From the NCBI GenBank assembly GCA_964247055.1, contig OZ176056.1:7254001-7318000 (forward strand): a DNA stretch of 64,000 nucleotides. The letters are read 5' to 3'. This stretch comes from Paragordius varius. Taxonomy: Eukaryota; Animalia; Nematomorpha. The notes beneath the pieces were generated by a model. That model did no database searches. It had not been told where the DNA came from and saw only the letters and a list, made by a program, of their open reading frames with translations. Positions within the stretch are counted from its first letter, which is position 1, and every line of letters starts with the position of its first letter. Of the stretch, positions 12,201 through 24,573 are shown in pieces. Made by a program: the position numbers and the translations under genes.

Positions 12201-15200
12201 AAACCATATTTTAGCTAAAAAAATTAAAAATAAATATGTTTAAAAGATACAATTAAGCTTTTTTGTGCGATTTTTATATATTATTTGCACTTCAAAAGTG
12301 TCTTATAGACTTCAAGTTGGTCCCTGAACAGTTCAAGTTGGTTTTTGAACATTTCAAGTTTGTCCTTGAACAGTTCAAGATGGTTTTTGAACATTTCATG
12401 TTGGTCTTTTGACTTTTTTGTTTTGTTTTTTTTTATCAATCAAATCGTATATCATTCATCCATTTTATCGTTTTTAACCTAGTTCCTATTATTTAACATA
12501 AATTTATCAATATCAACTTTTAATCATTCAAAAACCGTATATCTTTATTCATTTCTTAAAATATTTTGGATATATATAAGATTAGGTAATTAAAAAATAT
12601 ATAAAACAATTTTTCATTGAAATTAATAATTTAAAAAATTAATTTGAAACAAAAAAGTGGTTTTTAAATAAAAAAAATTTTTAAATGTATAAATACAGTA
12701 AAAGAAAGAATTATATTGCAAGAAAAAAAAGAAAAATTAAAAGAAAAAGATTAGCACATGAAAATTGTGTAAGTAGAAACAACAGAAATATTAAACAAGG
12801 GTCCTCTATGGTGTAATCATTAAAATTGTTTTTTTTAATTTGAAAAAAAGGTGTTGTTAAAGATATTTTTATATTTTTTTGCAAAACTATAAGTTATCTA
12901 GAGTTAATATGGTAATTAACCATCCAATCTACCTGATTAATTTATAACACAATACTGCATTTATATAAAAAAATTTGAATAATTATTAACTAGACCAATG
13001 TTGGTAAAAATAGCAACCAATTGAAATTAAACATTTTTTTGCTCGTTAATTGATTTTGCACAAATTTTTATGCCATATAAGCCATTGTGTTTATAAATTT
13101 AACCATATAAACTTTCTTGTCCTTGTTACTAAATAATAAACAATGTTAAGTAAAATGGGTTCATATTTTAGGTTTGTATAAAATTATATGAGATATAACT
13201 AATAAATAAGGCTAAAAAATAAAATGGTAAGTTGCAGTAAATCACAAAATATAATAAAGATATTTATAAAAATACCGCCTAAAAAAACATTTAGGGAGAA
13301 ACAATAAAAACCATGTTTGTAAATATTAATGCTACATTTAACAAAACAGATTGTAAATTCGAAATAATTTTTTAATGATTTTGATTTGCGTTCAACAATA
13401 TTTCATAGCAAAATCCACCATCAACAACATCTTGTTTTTTTTCAAATTTAGTAAAAAAACGCATATTTTTAATAATTACACCATGCGACCCTTTATAAAT
13501 ACATTCTGTTGTTTCTACTTAGACAATTTCCATGTGCTAATTTTTCTTTTTTTTTCCTAACTATATAATTCTTTCTTTTACTGTATATTATAAATAAAGA
13601 AAATTAGATTAAAAAATAAAAAATATATTAAGGACCAACTTGAAGTGTCCAAGGACCAACTTGAAGTGTTCAAGGAGACTCTTGAAGTGCAAATGGTATA
13701 TTATTAAACTAGACAACAAATTTTGACTTTTTATGTGTGCCATTTATTTAAATATATATTTTTATTACAACAGAGGACATAAAGAGACTTAAAAAAATCA
13801 GTCTAACACCTAAGAAATTTTTTTGGGATCAAAATTTCTTAGCCCCTATTTAACATTAAACTCGAAATAAATTTAATGATAGTAAGTCATTCGTGGCAAA
13901 AGAATTGTTGTCTAGCGTTATAATAGAAGACAAAATCGATATAATTTAAAAACAAATATATTAATTCATGCACATATATCTTAATTGTTAATTTAAATAT
14001 ATTATAAACCTTTAAAACATTTTGTAACGAAATGTCCATTGGAGTATTGGATATGATAAAAGGCGGGTCATTTACTAGGAATTCGTTTTTAATAAAATCA
14101 TCATTTTTTTCAGCCAATTTTTTTAAATTCTGTTGAGGAAATATAACACCAGGACTATCAATCATACTAATGTTTTGTTGCAGCTTTATGGTTTGGAGAT
14201 GTCTAAAGGGTAAAATATCAAAATAGGTTTAATGAAACGTTGAAACCAAAATTACTTTATAAGCCTAATTCCAATTAAAAAAATATTCTTTTTTCACAAA
14301 AATTAATAGCAATAAAGTTTAATTTTATCAGCACATTTCATAATAAATCCAAAAGCGTATTCTGTACATTAAAAAAATAAAACACATTTTAAATGAACCA
14401 ATTAAGCATATAAAAATAAAATTTAACCAAAATATTTTTCAACCATCTACAATAAAGGTAAAACATAAAATATTTCGGCCACAAATCATTAAACTGCAAT
14501 CCAATTTTTGCAGAAAAATATGTTTCAAAATTATTTTTTGCCATTTTTTTAAAAAAAACAAAAACCTAAACGGCCTAATATTATAAATATTAAATAATGG
14601 AAAAAAAATTATAAATGCAAACAACACATACTTTGTGATTCCAGGTATGGAGCCTTGTTCACAAACTTTTTTGCGTTTCATACTATTGATAAGACTACTT
14701 TTTCCAACATTAGGCATACCTAAAACCAATAATACGATTGCACAATATATATATATATATATATATATAAGAAAAATGGATCGATTATTTTACAATAATT
14801 TTATCAACCTTTAAGGGTTTTTTATCTCCCAACACAAGGAGATCGTTCTCCAAAATAATAATTTTATGTTAAATATTGTGATTTCGCATTTTAATTGGAT
14901 TAGTCTTTGAATGAATTTATAATTAAATTATGATTTCTGGATCATTATGGTAATCCCATCCCAAAACATAGTTAGTAAGTAAATATAGGGTATACCATTC
15001 TTTAAATTAATCAATTATATCTAAAATACTATAAACTTTTAAAAATCAAGGAAATAATAAGAAGATCTCAATCATTTAAATTAAATTCCAAAATTTCAAG
15101 CTTTTAAATGTCAAAAAGGAAAGGTAAGTCATCATTATAGGGATGTCTTGCGTTTATCAAGTTAGATAGTCAAACATTCTTAGTAAAAAATAACTATGGA

Positions 15201-17395
15201 ATCAAACCAAAAAACAATTAATCAATAAAACCAAAATAATTTGCTTATGAAAAAATATAATATATAGGAAAAAAGATGTTGTCTATTTTAATTACAAAAT
15301 GATAAATCATTACCATTTAAACGTATATTACAAAATTAATTTAATTTATAAAAATATAAAGGGGTTATTTGATAAAAAAGCAGTAAAAAAGAGGTCAATT
15401 TGCGAATAAACTCATTAAAAGTTTGATAATACTATGGAAATAAATGACACTTATAAATCTTTATCAAACAATCTCACTACATTATTAAATTTGTTGTACA
15501 TAATTTAAAACTTTTTTTAAAAAATATGCTAAATAAAACCTATTTTAAATTTTATAGAGCCACGATTTAAAGGTATTTAAATACTTTTAAGGTAAGTATG
15601 TAAAAATTAATAGAGTTATCATATGAAAAAACGTCAAGGATCTCTAAACACCGCTTCACATATGACCAGATATAAAACAATTATAAATGTATTATAAAAA
15701 TTAGAAAGAAATGTTTCACCACAAATGTGTTTACTTTAAAATTTACTATAATAGAAAAAACAAAAACCTTTTATAAAATTTTTCTTTACAAATAAAATTT
15801 ATATATAATATAAAAAAAATTTTTTTATCAAAACTTACCTACTACACCAATAATAAGTTCTTTGCGGCTTGTGAAAAGAGGTCCATTCCTGGCATAATTT
15901 GCAAAAAGATGCATTAACTGTTCTCTCCCAAATATGGTTGATGAGCTCTTTGGATTTAATTTATCGTCGCCCTAAAAAAATATTTAAATTTTGTAATATT
16001 ATACGGATGACTCTTTTGATTTAATAAATTATTAAATAAATGTTTTGCAAAAAAAATTCAAAATTGTTAGGATTGCAATTATTTTGAAATAGATATACCA
16101 TTTTATAAGCATATAAAGTGAAAAGTGCCTGTTCGGATAATTGTAATTCTTATATAACAAACATTTTGGATTAATACTTTATCTATGTTAAATTTAACCC
16201 CATAATAAATGTTACCAAATTTTTTTGCTGTTTTTGTTGACTGGCTTTGAATGGTATGGTTGGTGCCATACTCTTAAAATATTTTATCCATTCAATGTAA
16301 TTTTCTTTGGGTACCAAATCTAGTGCAAAAAAACGAAAAAATAATTTACAGTTTTATATTTGACACAAAGTTTTGGACATTACGATAAAAAGCAAATTAA
16401 TATATATATATATATATATATATGTATCATGCCATTTATGCAAAAACATCATTTTTTCAGCCAAAGACACCATTTTACAACCAAAAACAACAATTTTTAA
16501 AAATTAAAAAGATATCACATAATTATAAGGTATTTATTTAATTTTAAGTTAATATAATAAAGTTTTAGCGTTGAAAAATGATTTTTATTGTTTTATCATT
16601 AATGTTTAATGGTAAATTGATTGATTTTCAAATAAAATTTTTGACCATAAATTACATTATTTATTTATATTAATTTTACCACTTCAGTTTCACCTAATCA
16701 ATCTATACAATTTGCGCTTCAAGAGTAGCATGAAAGTTTAAAGTTATCCTTCGCTTATATTCCTTACATTTTTTGCAGTGAGCATACAACCTTTATTTTT
16801 GTATGTAATAATCTATTTTTTTAAACTAATATCTTTATTTATAAGTATTTTTTGAATCAAAATTAATATTTTCATAGATAGTAATAACAACTTTCTTTGT
16901 TTCAAACTTATTTTCTTTAATTAAAAATATTATAAATTTATTAATTTTTTTAACTAAATATACGATCAATAACCGACAAAACCTAATATTTTTTAATATA
17001 GTTAAATTGTTTAAAGAAAATAGGATATGAAAAAAGTGGGAATCACTTAAAAGTTGAGTTAACTAAAGAAAATAGGTTCAAATCGATAGTATAGATGTAG
17101 TTTCATTGCTTCATTAAATGTTAAAATCAAAATTAAAATATTGTAGTATTAACTTGAAGTGTTCTTGGACCAACTTTAAATTTTCAAGGACGATCTTGAA
17201 GCGCAAATTGTGTTTATTATTGTAAAAGAAAAAAATAATATAAAATAATGTAATTTATGGGCAAAATTAAAGTGTTTGAAATTAATCATACCATCAAATA
17301 TTGATAATAAAACATATTAATTCTACACTAAAATGTTGTCTTTGGTTGAAAAATGTTGCGTTTGCTTGAAAAATGTTGCATTCGGTTGAAAAAAA

Positions 17396-17436
<41 letters not shown>

Positions 17437-18868
17437 GCAGAAATTATATTTCATATATGATTGAGATCAACTAGTTTAAAAGTTTAATAAGATATAAATA
17501 AATATAAAATAATGGGTTTAAAATTGTAAAAATATTATTTTAATTAATAAATTAAATATATAATATGCGCATGTAAACATTATTAAATATAAATTTTACA
17601 TTTGTGTAATAATAATGGTTGGACATACCTATTAACTGTATTTTAAATATAAATCAGTATAAACCAATTATCTAAGCCCAAATTTTAACCTTAAACGGAA
17701 TTTCACAATAATTCATATGGAATTTTAACTTTTAATGCGTTTTAAAGCCAGAAGATATATTCTTACTTTTTAATTTACAGACAAAACAAAAATATCGATT
17801 ATGTTTGTACATACAAAAAGATATCATTTTAAACCATTTTGAATAATCGTAAGATTTTCGGTCGAAAATAGAATTAAGAATATGTAGGCGATTTTATTAT
17901 AAAGTTTTTGAAGATATTAAAAAAAAATTATAGTTCTTTTTTAAAAAACACATTGTCTTTTAAATTTTAAGTTTTTATCTGCATAAATTTAATAACTCTA
18001 TAGTTTATCAGAGAAATAAAAATAAATACCAATCTTGTTTAGCACAATAATTAAACGTTTTTGTCCTTCATGTAGCGTTGTAATGAGATTTGATAGATTA
18101 AAACAGGCACTCGTACCTAGGGGATCTCTGGCATCAAGAACCAATAGTATAACATTTGCTTGTTTTAATACCTAAAATTATAATAAAATACAGATATACA
18201 TATATATATATATATATAATTTTTGTTTAAACTTGATGGCAAAATCTAAAAATATTTTGATATCAAAAAACAATCATATTTTAAATAATTATCCCATTAT
18301 AATAATGTTATAGAATGCTAAACAAGGAATAGAATTGGTGAAAACGTTACTTTTTATTGCTCTTTATACTATAAATTTATGTTAAAAAATATATGAAATG
18401 GATGTGCAATGATATACTACCGTATTAAAATGTCCACCGTATGTAGTTTTAGTTTTTTCCTTAATTATTTCAGTATTTCGCGCTGTTACTTCTGTAGTTT
18501 TAGCCTTTTTAAGTTTTTTCTCTAATTTTATCTATTTGAAAATAAATGGTGAGAATACTTGCTCCTTGACTTCCATCGCCTTATTTAGAAGTTCTTCCTT
18601 ATAAGGATATGAATTTGGAATAGTGTATTCATCAATTTTGCGCTTTCTTTGACTGTTCTTTGTGGAATTTTTCAAATTGTTAGCTTTTTTGACCTTTTTA
18701 TGATGTTCAGCAATCTATAATTATATTTCGATAAACCTTGTGACGAATTTTATATTTGGTGGCACATGTCATTCTTTTGCTCTTTTTTTCTACAAAAATT
18801 ATTTTTAATAAATAGATATAAATAAAATAAAAAAATATTATAATCTTACTGAAAAATTTTTTGACCAT
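9240..18868 (-). CDS. GNL3: Nucleostemin-family circularly permuted GTPase (GNL3/GNL3L/Grn1/Nug1-like), 12 exons, 475 aa
   Basis: Exons (-): 18868-18850, 18789-18737, 18714-18559, 18531-18421, 18171-18030, 16319-16216, 15971-15839, 14719-14632, 14202-14010, 12159-12091, 11724-11504, 9378-9240 (1428 nt, open, all GT-AG). Motifs: [86 protein letters not shown]3 versus GNL3L cannot be resolved. Confidence 0.93.
9405..9717. repeat. Foldback/MITE with inverted arrays of a 21-bp unit (family B), in the last GNL3 intron
   Basis: Left arm with TTCAAG(N)TGGTCCTTGAACA-like units; right arm is the reverse complement, ending ...AAGTCCAAATGGTATAT. Confidence 0.6.
10236..11030 (-). mobile_element. Tc1/mariner (mariner-type) relic
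   Basis: ORF 10695-10877 contains LIVTGDKKW and [16 protein letters not shown] (mariner IVTGDEKW, WW..GIVHYE). A terminal AGTCTTTACCGGTTT motif is shared with the copy at ~38900. Confidence 0.75.
12272..13701. mobile_element. Foldback-like element (~1.43 kb) with ~130-bp TIRs of 21-bp tandem units (family B), in a GNL3 intron
   Basis: ATTTGCACTTCAA...(TTCAAGTTGGTCCTTGAACA)n at 12280-12410 is the reverse complement of (AAGGACCAACTTGAAGTG)n...GAAGTGCAAAT at 13630-13695. No TSD recognised. Confidence 0.7.
14746..14768. repeat. (TA)n microsatellite (one of about ten in the window)
   Basis: Similar tracts at ~16401, 17399, 18199, 21344, 24672, 32216, 36506, 42317 and 60431. Confidence 0.9.
16425..17400. 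mobile_element. Foldback-like element with inverted family-A 21-bp repeats, bracketed by (TA)n tracts
   Basis: TTTTTCAGCCAAAGACACCATTTT (~16453) versus the reverse complement of AAAATGTTGTCTTTGGTTGAAAAA (~17330). (TA)n at ~16401-16424 and ~17399-17432. A family-B half array lies at 17150-17212. Confidence 0.55.
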
Positions 18869-19996
18869 GCTTGAAATATGAAGGCGTGCAAATATCCGGT
18901 GATATTTTATAATTTGAATTTATTAACTTTTTTCACGGGGCACGATATAACAAAAATTAAAACAAGCATGAAAATCATATCATAAACTAGAAATTAAGAT
19001 TAGCACATCAAGTAGAAAAAAAGTTTTAACAAAATATTATTTTTCATGAGATAGCTTATGACCAGCGAATTCATTTGCCGTAAAAAAATTTATTTGTTTA
19101 CGACCTTTGAAATATTGAGAAAAAATCGGAATCAAAAAGTGTAAATTAAAGAAAATTGAGATATTATGGTTTTTTTATTATTTTAAGAGATATTTTCAAT
19201 TTATAAATAGCATAAAATTACATTGTGCAACAAAATATGGGGTCAATTTTCTAAATATTTTCTGATTCCTTATAGTATTGTGATCAGATTTGCGTAAAAA
19301 TTTTTTTACTTACCCAGCTCGTTTTCGAGATATGGGACTTTTTCAATATTTGGACATATCCAAAATTTTCTTGTTTGTAATTATTTTTCGCTATGTAAAC
19401 AAATAATATCTGGCTCACATAAATATTTTTACAAGAAATTACCAATTTATCTTCAAAATAAAAAAATTTACCCAAAATATCCAATACTTTTTATTTTAGG
19501 GGGCCAAAACCCTCAAAAATTGGGTAACTTAACATTTTTTTACACAAATATTTTTTATCAATTTATTAAATCAAAACAAACTTTATTATATGTTCTTGGA
19601 TGTTAATGATGTTTGTTTAAGTATAAATATCAATTTGTAATAGCTTTGTTGACTTTTATTTAAAAAATAAATTTAATTTTTACATCTTTTTTGCTGTTTA
19701 TTTATGTAAAAAAAGCTAAATTTTACTCAGCTGCATATAATATATTCTTTATTTCATATGATATTTTTAAATATTTCCCACACTTAAATATACTCCATAT
19801 CAGTTTTTTCATCAAGAAATATTATTATATACCCAAAATGTACAAAAAATATAATTACTACCCAAGTATATATTAATTTTAGGATGGATAAAAATATTGT
19901 TTGCCATATATGTGGATAATACACAAAAAAACTAATAGTATAAACATTACCACTTACATAAAAAACTATTTTTTTATATTATTGCTAACCTAGATT

Positions 19997-20401
19997 TGGG
20001 CCCCGAACACTGTATCTCGGACATGTAGCATTAGTTTAGGAGCATGGTACCACAAAACCGGACCTGGACTCCCTTGGGGTATCCCTATGATATGGCGAGA
20101 GCCAAAATCTCATTCTGAATGTTACTTTTGTGCAGTTCCAAAACCATTTCTTATTAACATTACCAAAAAAAACAAAAAACCTATCGAATATCCAAACTTT
20201 TCCTGTGCAATTCGTCCTGTTTATCATTCCATTGACCTTCCCGTACCTTCATCTCCAACCATTCATATCGATTTATTTGATATGATGGATGATACTGATT
20301 TGGAATTTTATCATCAAGATATAAAGGACACTAATAAATTAAGTGGCACTGAGGTGATATCCCTAATCAAAAAATTGCATCTCTCAAAACGGTATTTTTA
20401 G
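19997..20401 (+). pseudogene. Chapaev3-like transposase N-terminal zinc-binding fragment
   Basis: WAPNTVSRTCSISLGAW...LPWGIPMIWREPKSHSECYFC...YPNFSCAIRPVYHSIDLPVP, matching the recalled WAPH..C / PMVWREP..H..DCYFC / YP.LPSA.RPV.H pattern. The family name is from memory. Confidence 0.72.
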
Positions 20402-20843
20402 AAAACCCTTCGAAAAAACCTATCAAAACAATATAAATTTAATTTGCGATTATATATATATGAATAAATAAATTATTTTATTTTTTCTACACCTAATTTA
20501 CTTTATTTAAAGTCTAGATTAAATTATCCGTGTCTTAACATCTCTACACCAAAATATATTCTAAATATTCACTCTAATAACTGATTATAATTAGGATTTG
20601 CATATAGTTCAATATATTATGATGAAATCATTTATTAATGGTATTATATTTTATTTAAACGTTTTTGATAAGATATGGCATATCCAATTTTCTCTGCACA
20701 GTCGTCCATATTAAAAGTTAATCTATTAGCTGATGTGATATACAAATTGTTGCGATTGGGTACTTTGTCATGGTAATATAACTATCTGATCGATATATTG
20801 TTTTTATAAGAATGTATGAAAGAAATCAATAAAATACTTTTAT

Positions 20844-21130
20844 ATGGCAGACGCCAAAATCGAATTGGTAAATAATTTTAAATACTTGGGCGATGTCATA
20901 CATTGCCTAGGTAGAATAAACCAATCAGTTAAATATGAATCCCAACAGGCTGGGGTAAAATATTATTTACTTAAATTTATGTTTAAAAATAAACACATAT
21001 CAGCAAAAAACAAAGGTTTGATTAGAGTTGTTGATAAGCGACAATTAAATTAAATGAAACGTTAACGACAAAAAACTATAATTTAACCGAAGAGACGATA
21101 ACTTAAATAAAATTTATAAGAATATATGGT
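20844..21130 (+). mobile_element. RTE LINE 3' fragment nested in the Chapaev-like element
   Basis: IELVNNFKYLGDVIH...QQAGVKYYLLKFMFKNK resembles IEKVDQFTYLGDVID...QAWGKVNSLKFVLKNK of the RTE at 8160-8300. Confidence 0.7.
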
Positions 21131-22324
21131 TAAAATTATTAAAAATATAATTTAGCATTGAGGGTGCTTTCCTTTGATTTCCCTGTGGCATACGTACTGT
21201 TCCCTAAACAACTGAAATTTTATGGGTGATTCAACTTTAATTAAAAAAGAATTCATTTCTGAGTATCGTAAAACTTCATCAGGGTAATAAGCTTCTTTAG
21301 AATACACTCTTGACAAAGAGGGAATCATCCATATCCCTAAAGTATATATATATATATATATAATGTATTTGATGGTATCAAGGTGTGTTCTTCTCTTATC
21401 CAAAAGGCAAACGATTTTTCCGATTCAGAATTCAATTACAAATTTATATAAGAATCATTGTCCATTCCATATTTTTTTAAAATATTTAAAAATGAAGCAA
21501 ACGAATCAACATATCTGACACCATATATGGTCAAAATTTAAAAATTTCAGATGAAAAAATGAAATTAGTATTTACAGCTGAGTAAATTAAATCATTTTTT
21601 ACATAAGAAAAGCAACAAAAAAGCTGTAAAAATTAAATTTATTTTTAAAAATTAAAGTCCACAAAGCTATTACAAAGTGATATTTATATTTAAACAAACA
21701 TTATTAACATCCAAGAACATATAATAAAGTTTGTTTTGATTTAATAAATTGATAAAAAATATTTGTGTGAAAAAATGTTAAGTTACCCAATTTGTGAGGG
21801 TTTTTGCCCCCTAAAACAAAAAGTATTGGATATTTTGAGTAAATTTTTAATTTATTTTGAAGATAAATTGGTAATTTCTTGTAAAAATACTTATGTAAGC
21901 CACATATTATTTGTTTACATAGCGAAAACTATTTACAAACAAGAAAATTTTGGATATCTCCAAATATGGAAAAAGTCCCATATCTCGAAAACGAGCTGGG
22001 TAAGTAAAAAAATTTTTTGCGCAAATCCGATCACAATACTATAAGGAATCAGAAAATATTTAGAAAATCGAGTCCAGAAAAAGTTGTGTCACAGTGTTAT
22101 ATTAGGGTTTGTATTGCAGTTACAGATGACGTTTTTTAACATACTTAAAAGACAAAAAATGTTTATGAAACTATTTTTAAAAATATTTTTTAAATTATTA
22201 TGAGTGTATTTACTGTTTTTTTGGAATCTGACATGAGCGAGAGTTAATATGTTTATAAATTAAGCATATATAGTTAATGTAGCGCAATATCAACCAATAA
22301 TTCGTTACCCAAGTAAAATATTAA

Positions 22325-22903
22325 CACTTCGATTCAATTTGGGGTATCTAAATACCCCAGACAAAATTTGAGTTAGGATTTTTTAAAAACTACTGAAGGA
22401 AACGGTCCCAATTTAAATTTATGCTTCTATCCCAAACAAAATTATATAAATATGCCAAAATATCTAAATAAAATTTTGTCTTGAAAAAAAAAGTTCCATG
22501 TCAAACTACTTCGACGCCATTTTTATTTTACAAAATTTTTGCAAAATATCGTCTTCAAATTTTAAGGGTAAAATTAAAGCTATTTTTTTATTTAAATCAC
22601 ATCTAACATTGATATAAATAGAAAAAGAGGTTTATTCCGTAGTATTTTACAATTTTACCATTCCACACATGTCACGTTCACAAAATTTCTACCTCTCAGT
22701 TTTAGCTAAAAATAAGTAATATCAAGTGTTTTTGATTAAAAAATTTTTTATATATCGATTTATTAATGTTATATAGGTGCAAAATTTTGCCATGGTTTTG
22801 ATTCCTTCCATATTTTTTGAAAATTTAATTTTAAACAAGCCTGGGGTATCCAATTACCTCAATTTTAATTGAAGGACTAAGATGAATGTGTTGTATCCAA
22901 ATT
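22325..22903 (+). mobile_element. piggyBac-like MITE (~570 bp), copy 1
   Basis: TTAA|CACTTCGATTC left end; right end ...TGTATCCAA is degenerate. Subterminal TGGGGTATCTAAATACCCCA palindrome. Confidence 0.75.
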
Positions 22904-23282
22904 TTAATATAGTTTAATAATTTTTTAGTATGTTGAAGCAATGCCATTTTTAAACTTAGATAATATACAATCCCTAACTATATCATTTTAGTCTGATGTA
23001 TATTATAAACATCTCCTTGTATGACAATATACCAGATAAGTTTAATTATCCCTATTCTTTTTGAACGATTTTCTTTTGTCGTCAGCAAATGCAAATGAAT
23101 TGGCTTGCCAAAAGCCTATTATGTAAAAAAACTAAACCTCTTTTTGCACACAGCGCGTATGCAAGCGATACTGTGTTATATTTATTTTATTGGGTATTTA
23201 TCATTAGAATAATAGGAATCCTGTTTCCTATAGCCATTTTTTAAGACCTCATGTACTTTTGGGGTAGTTTTATACCCTAGAC

Positions 23283-24573
23283 CAGGGCTTCTTAAACTTT
23301 TGTAGTAATTGACCATATATCTGTCCCTAATTAAAGTTAATATTCAACTATCATTGGATTTATTTTACGATTTTCGTTTTACGAAATCATCGTTAAAAGT
23401 TTTCATTTGAAATTGTGTTCATACAACTGTGATCAAGATAAATAAATCATTTGTGGTCCCTCTTTAAAGGAAAGAATGATATTATACTAATTCCCCAGAA
23501 ATGTGTTTAACTGAACTCATATCGCTTCTTATGTTTTTTAAAAACTAGCTCCAACGCCTATTTTGTATGGCGTGTCAGTTTTAAACCGATTGACTACCAT
23601 AGACCAATATAAAAAAAAGCGCTGAGTTAAAATCTTTGCCTTTAGAAAATATTTAGAATCATCGTTGATACCATCGTCTCATGGGTTATTCGAAAAAATA
23701 CCTCAAAACTAAATCGGTGTGAGATGGCGTTTGAGAGCATAAAGGCCCCAAATTAACGGCTAATAAAAAACCCGACCTTGATTTTTACCTAGTTACGGAT
23801 AATATTTCGAGCTTTTAATGAGCTCATATGCCTTCATAAATTTTCTGTAAATTAGCTCCAATATATCGTGGCGCAATTTTAGCTGCTATCTGTTTACCCA
23901 GCAGCCAATATTAAAATAACGCAAGACTAAAATTTTTGCCTAACTGAGAATAACTCGAATCCTCAGTGAATTTTACGGTCCTTACCCTGGGCAAAAATTT
24001 TTAGTTTTTTTGAAAAAAGTGGCATTTTACGAGCTGAACGGATAAGAAAAGATAAATCAAAAAAGTAATCCTACTAGGTTCGGCGCAATCGAAAAATGGT
24101 AAAAATAATCATATTTGACATCGAATAGTCCAACACGTTTTCCGGAAAATTATATCAAAGACACGATTTTTGTGGAGGTGTTTTCAAAAAAAACCGTTTT
24201 TAACACGAGGTGGGCCTGAAATGGGGGCCTAATTAAAAAAGGGCGAAGCTATTGTCCAGTTCATTAATGATTATTCTTAACATTTGGATTTGAATGAATC
24301 CGGTTTTCTGGAAACAGATCACTAATCCGGCATTTTCCATTTTTATAAATATATAGATTATAATGATTGGAATAGAAATGCTGGTATATACAATCTTTCC
24401 GAACAAGAAGATTTTATGATATATTTATTTACGATGATTGTTATTTTTCTTTATAACAATAATTTTACAAGTTAAAAAACATTTTTTATTAAATTTATTT
24501 TTATCCTTCGCGACCCCATAATTTTGCTACGCGACCCCAAATGGGGTCGCGACCCATAGTTTAAGAAGCCCTG
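23283..24573. mobile_element. hAT (Charlie-like) MITE interrupted by a Helitron
   Basis: TIR CAGGGCTTCTTAAACT...AGTTTAAGAAGCCCTG; imperfect 8-bp TSD CCCTAGAC / TCCTAGAG (6/8, CTAG core). GGGTCGCGACCC subterminal palindrome. Confidence 0.8.
23308..24357 (-). mobile_element. Helitron copy (internally deleted, 3'-truncated) inside the hAT MITE
   Basis: Reverse complement of the 3125-5149 family. 5' TC at 24357-24356 is preceded by A; no CTAG end found. Confidence 0.8.

Larger units (their letters stand above)
19221..22096 (+). mobile_element. Chapaev3-like (CMC) DNA transposon with ~520-bp TIRs, decayed
   Basis: Termini CATTGTG...CACAGTG with TTA on both sides (19218-20, 22097-99; 3-bp TWA-type TSD). 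19221-~19740 and ~21570-22096 are inverted copies, which explains the mirror ORFs 19284-19484 and 21763-22044. A transposase N-terminal fragment lies inside. Confidence 0.8.

Noticed and set aside
12295-12415. Regular 21-bp repeats with dyad symmetry as a CRISPR-like array
   Set aside because: There are no unique spacers, the context is a eukaryotic intron, and the units are contiguous and form a TIR arm.
15000-15140. Intronic C/D-box snoRNA in GNL3 (vertebrate GNL3 hosts snoRNAs)
   Set aside because: An ATGATGA box C candidate exists on the - strand, but I saw no box D (CTGA) or terminal stem at a suitable distance. A covariance search would be needed.
18351-18368. Alternative genetic code (TAA read as Gln)
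   Set aside because: Only one in-frame TAA in a dispensable candidate micro-exon; Gln is coded by CAA/CAG elsewhere and TAA terminates GNL3, SNUPN, FCF2 and MTCH.
19284-22044. Mirror ORFs 19284-19484 (-) and 21763-22044 (+) as a duplicated gene
   Set aside because: They are chance ORFs in the two TIRs of the Chapaev-like element.
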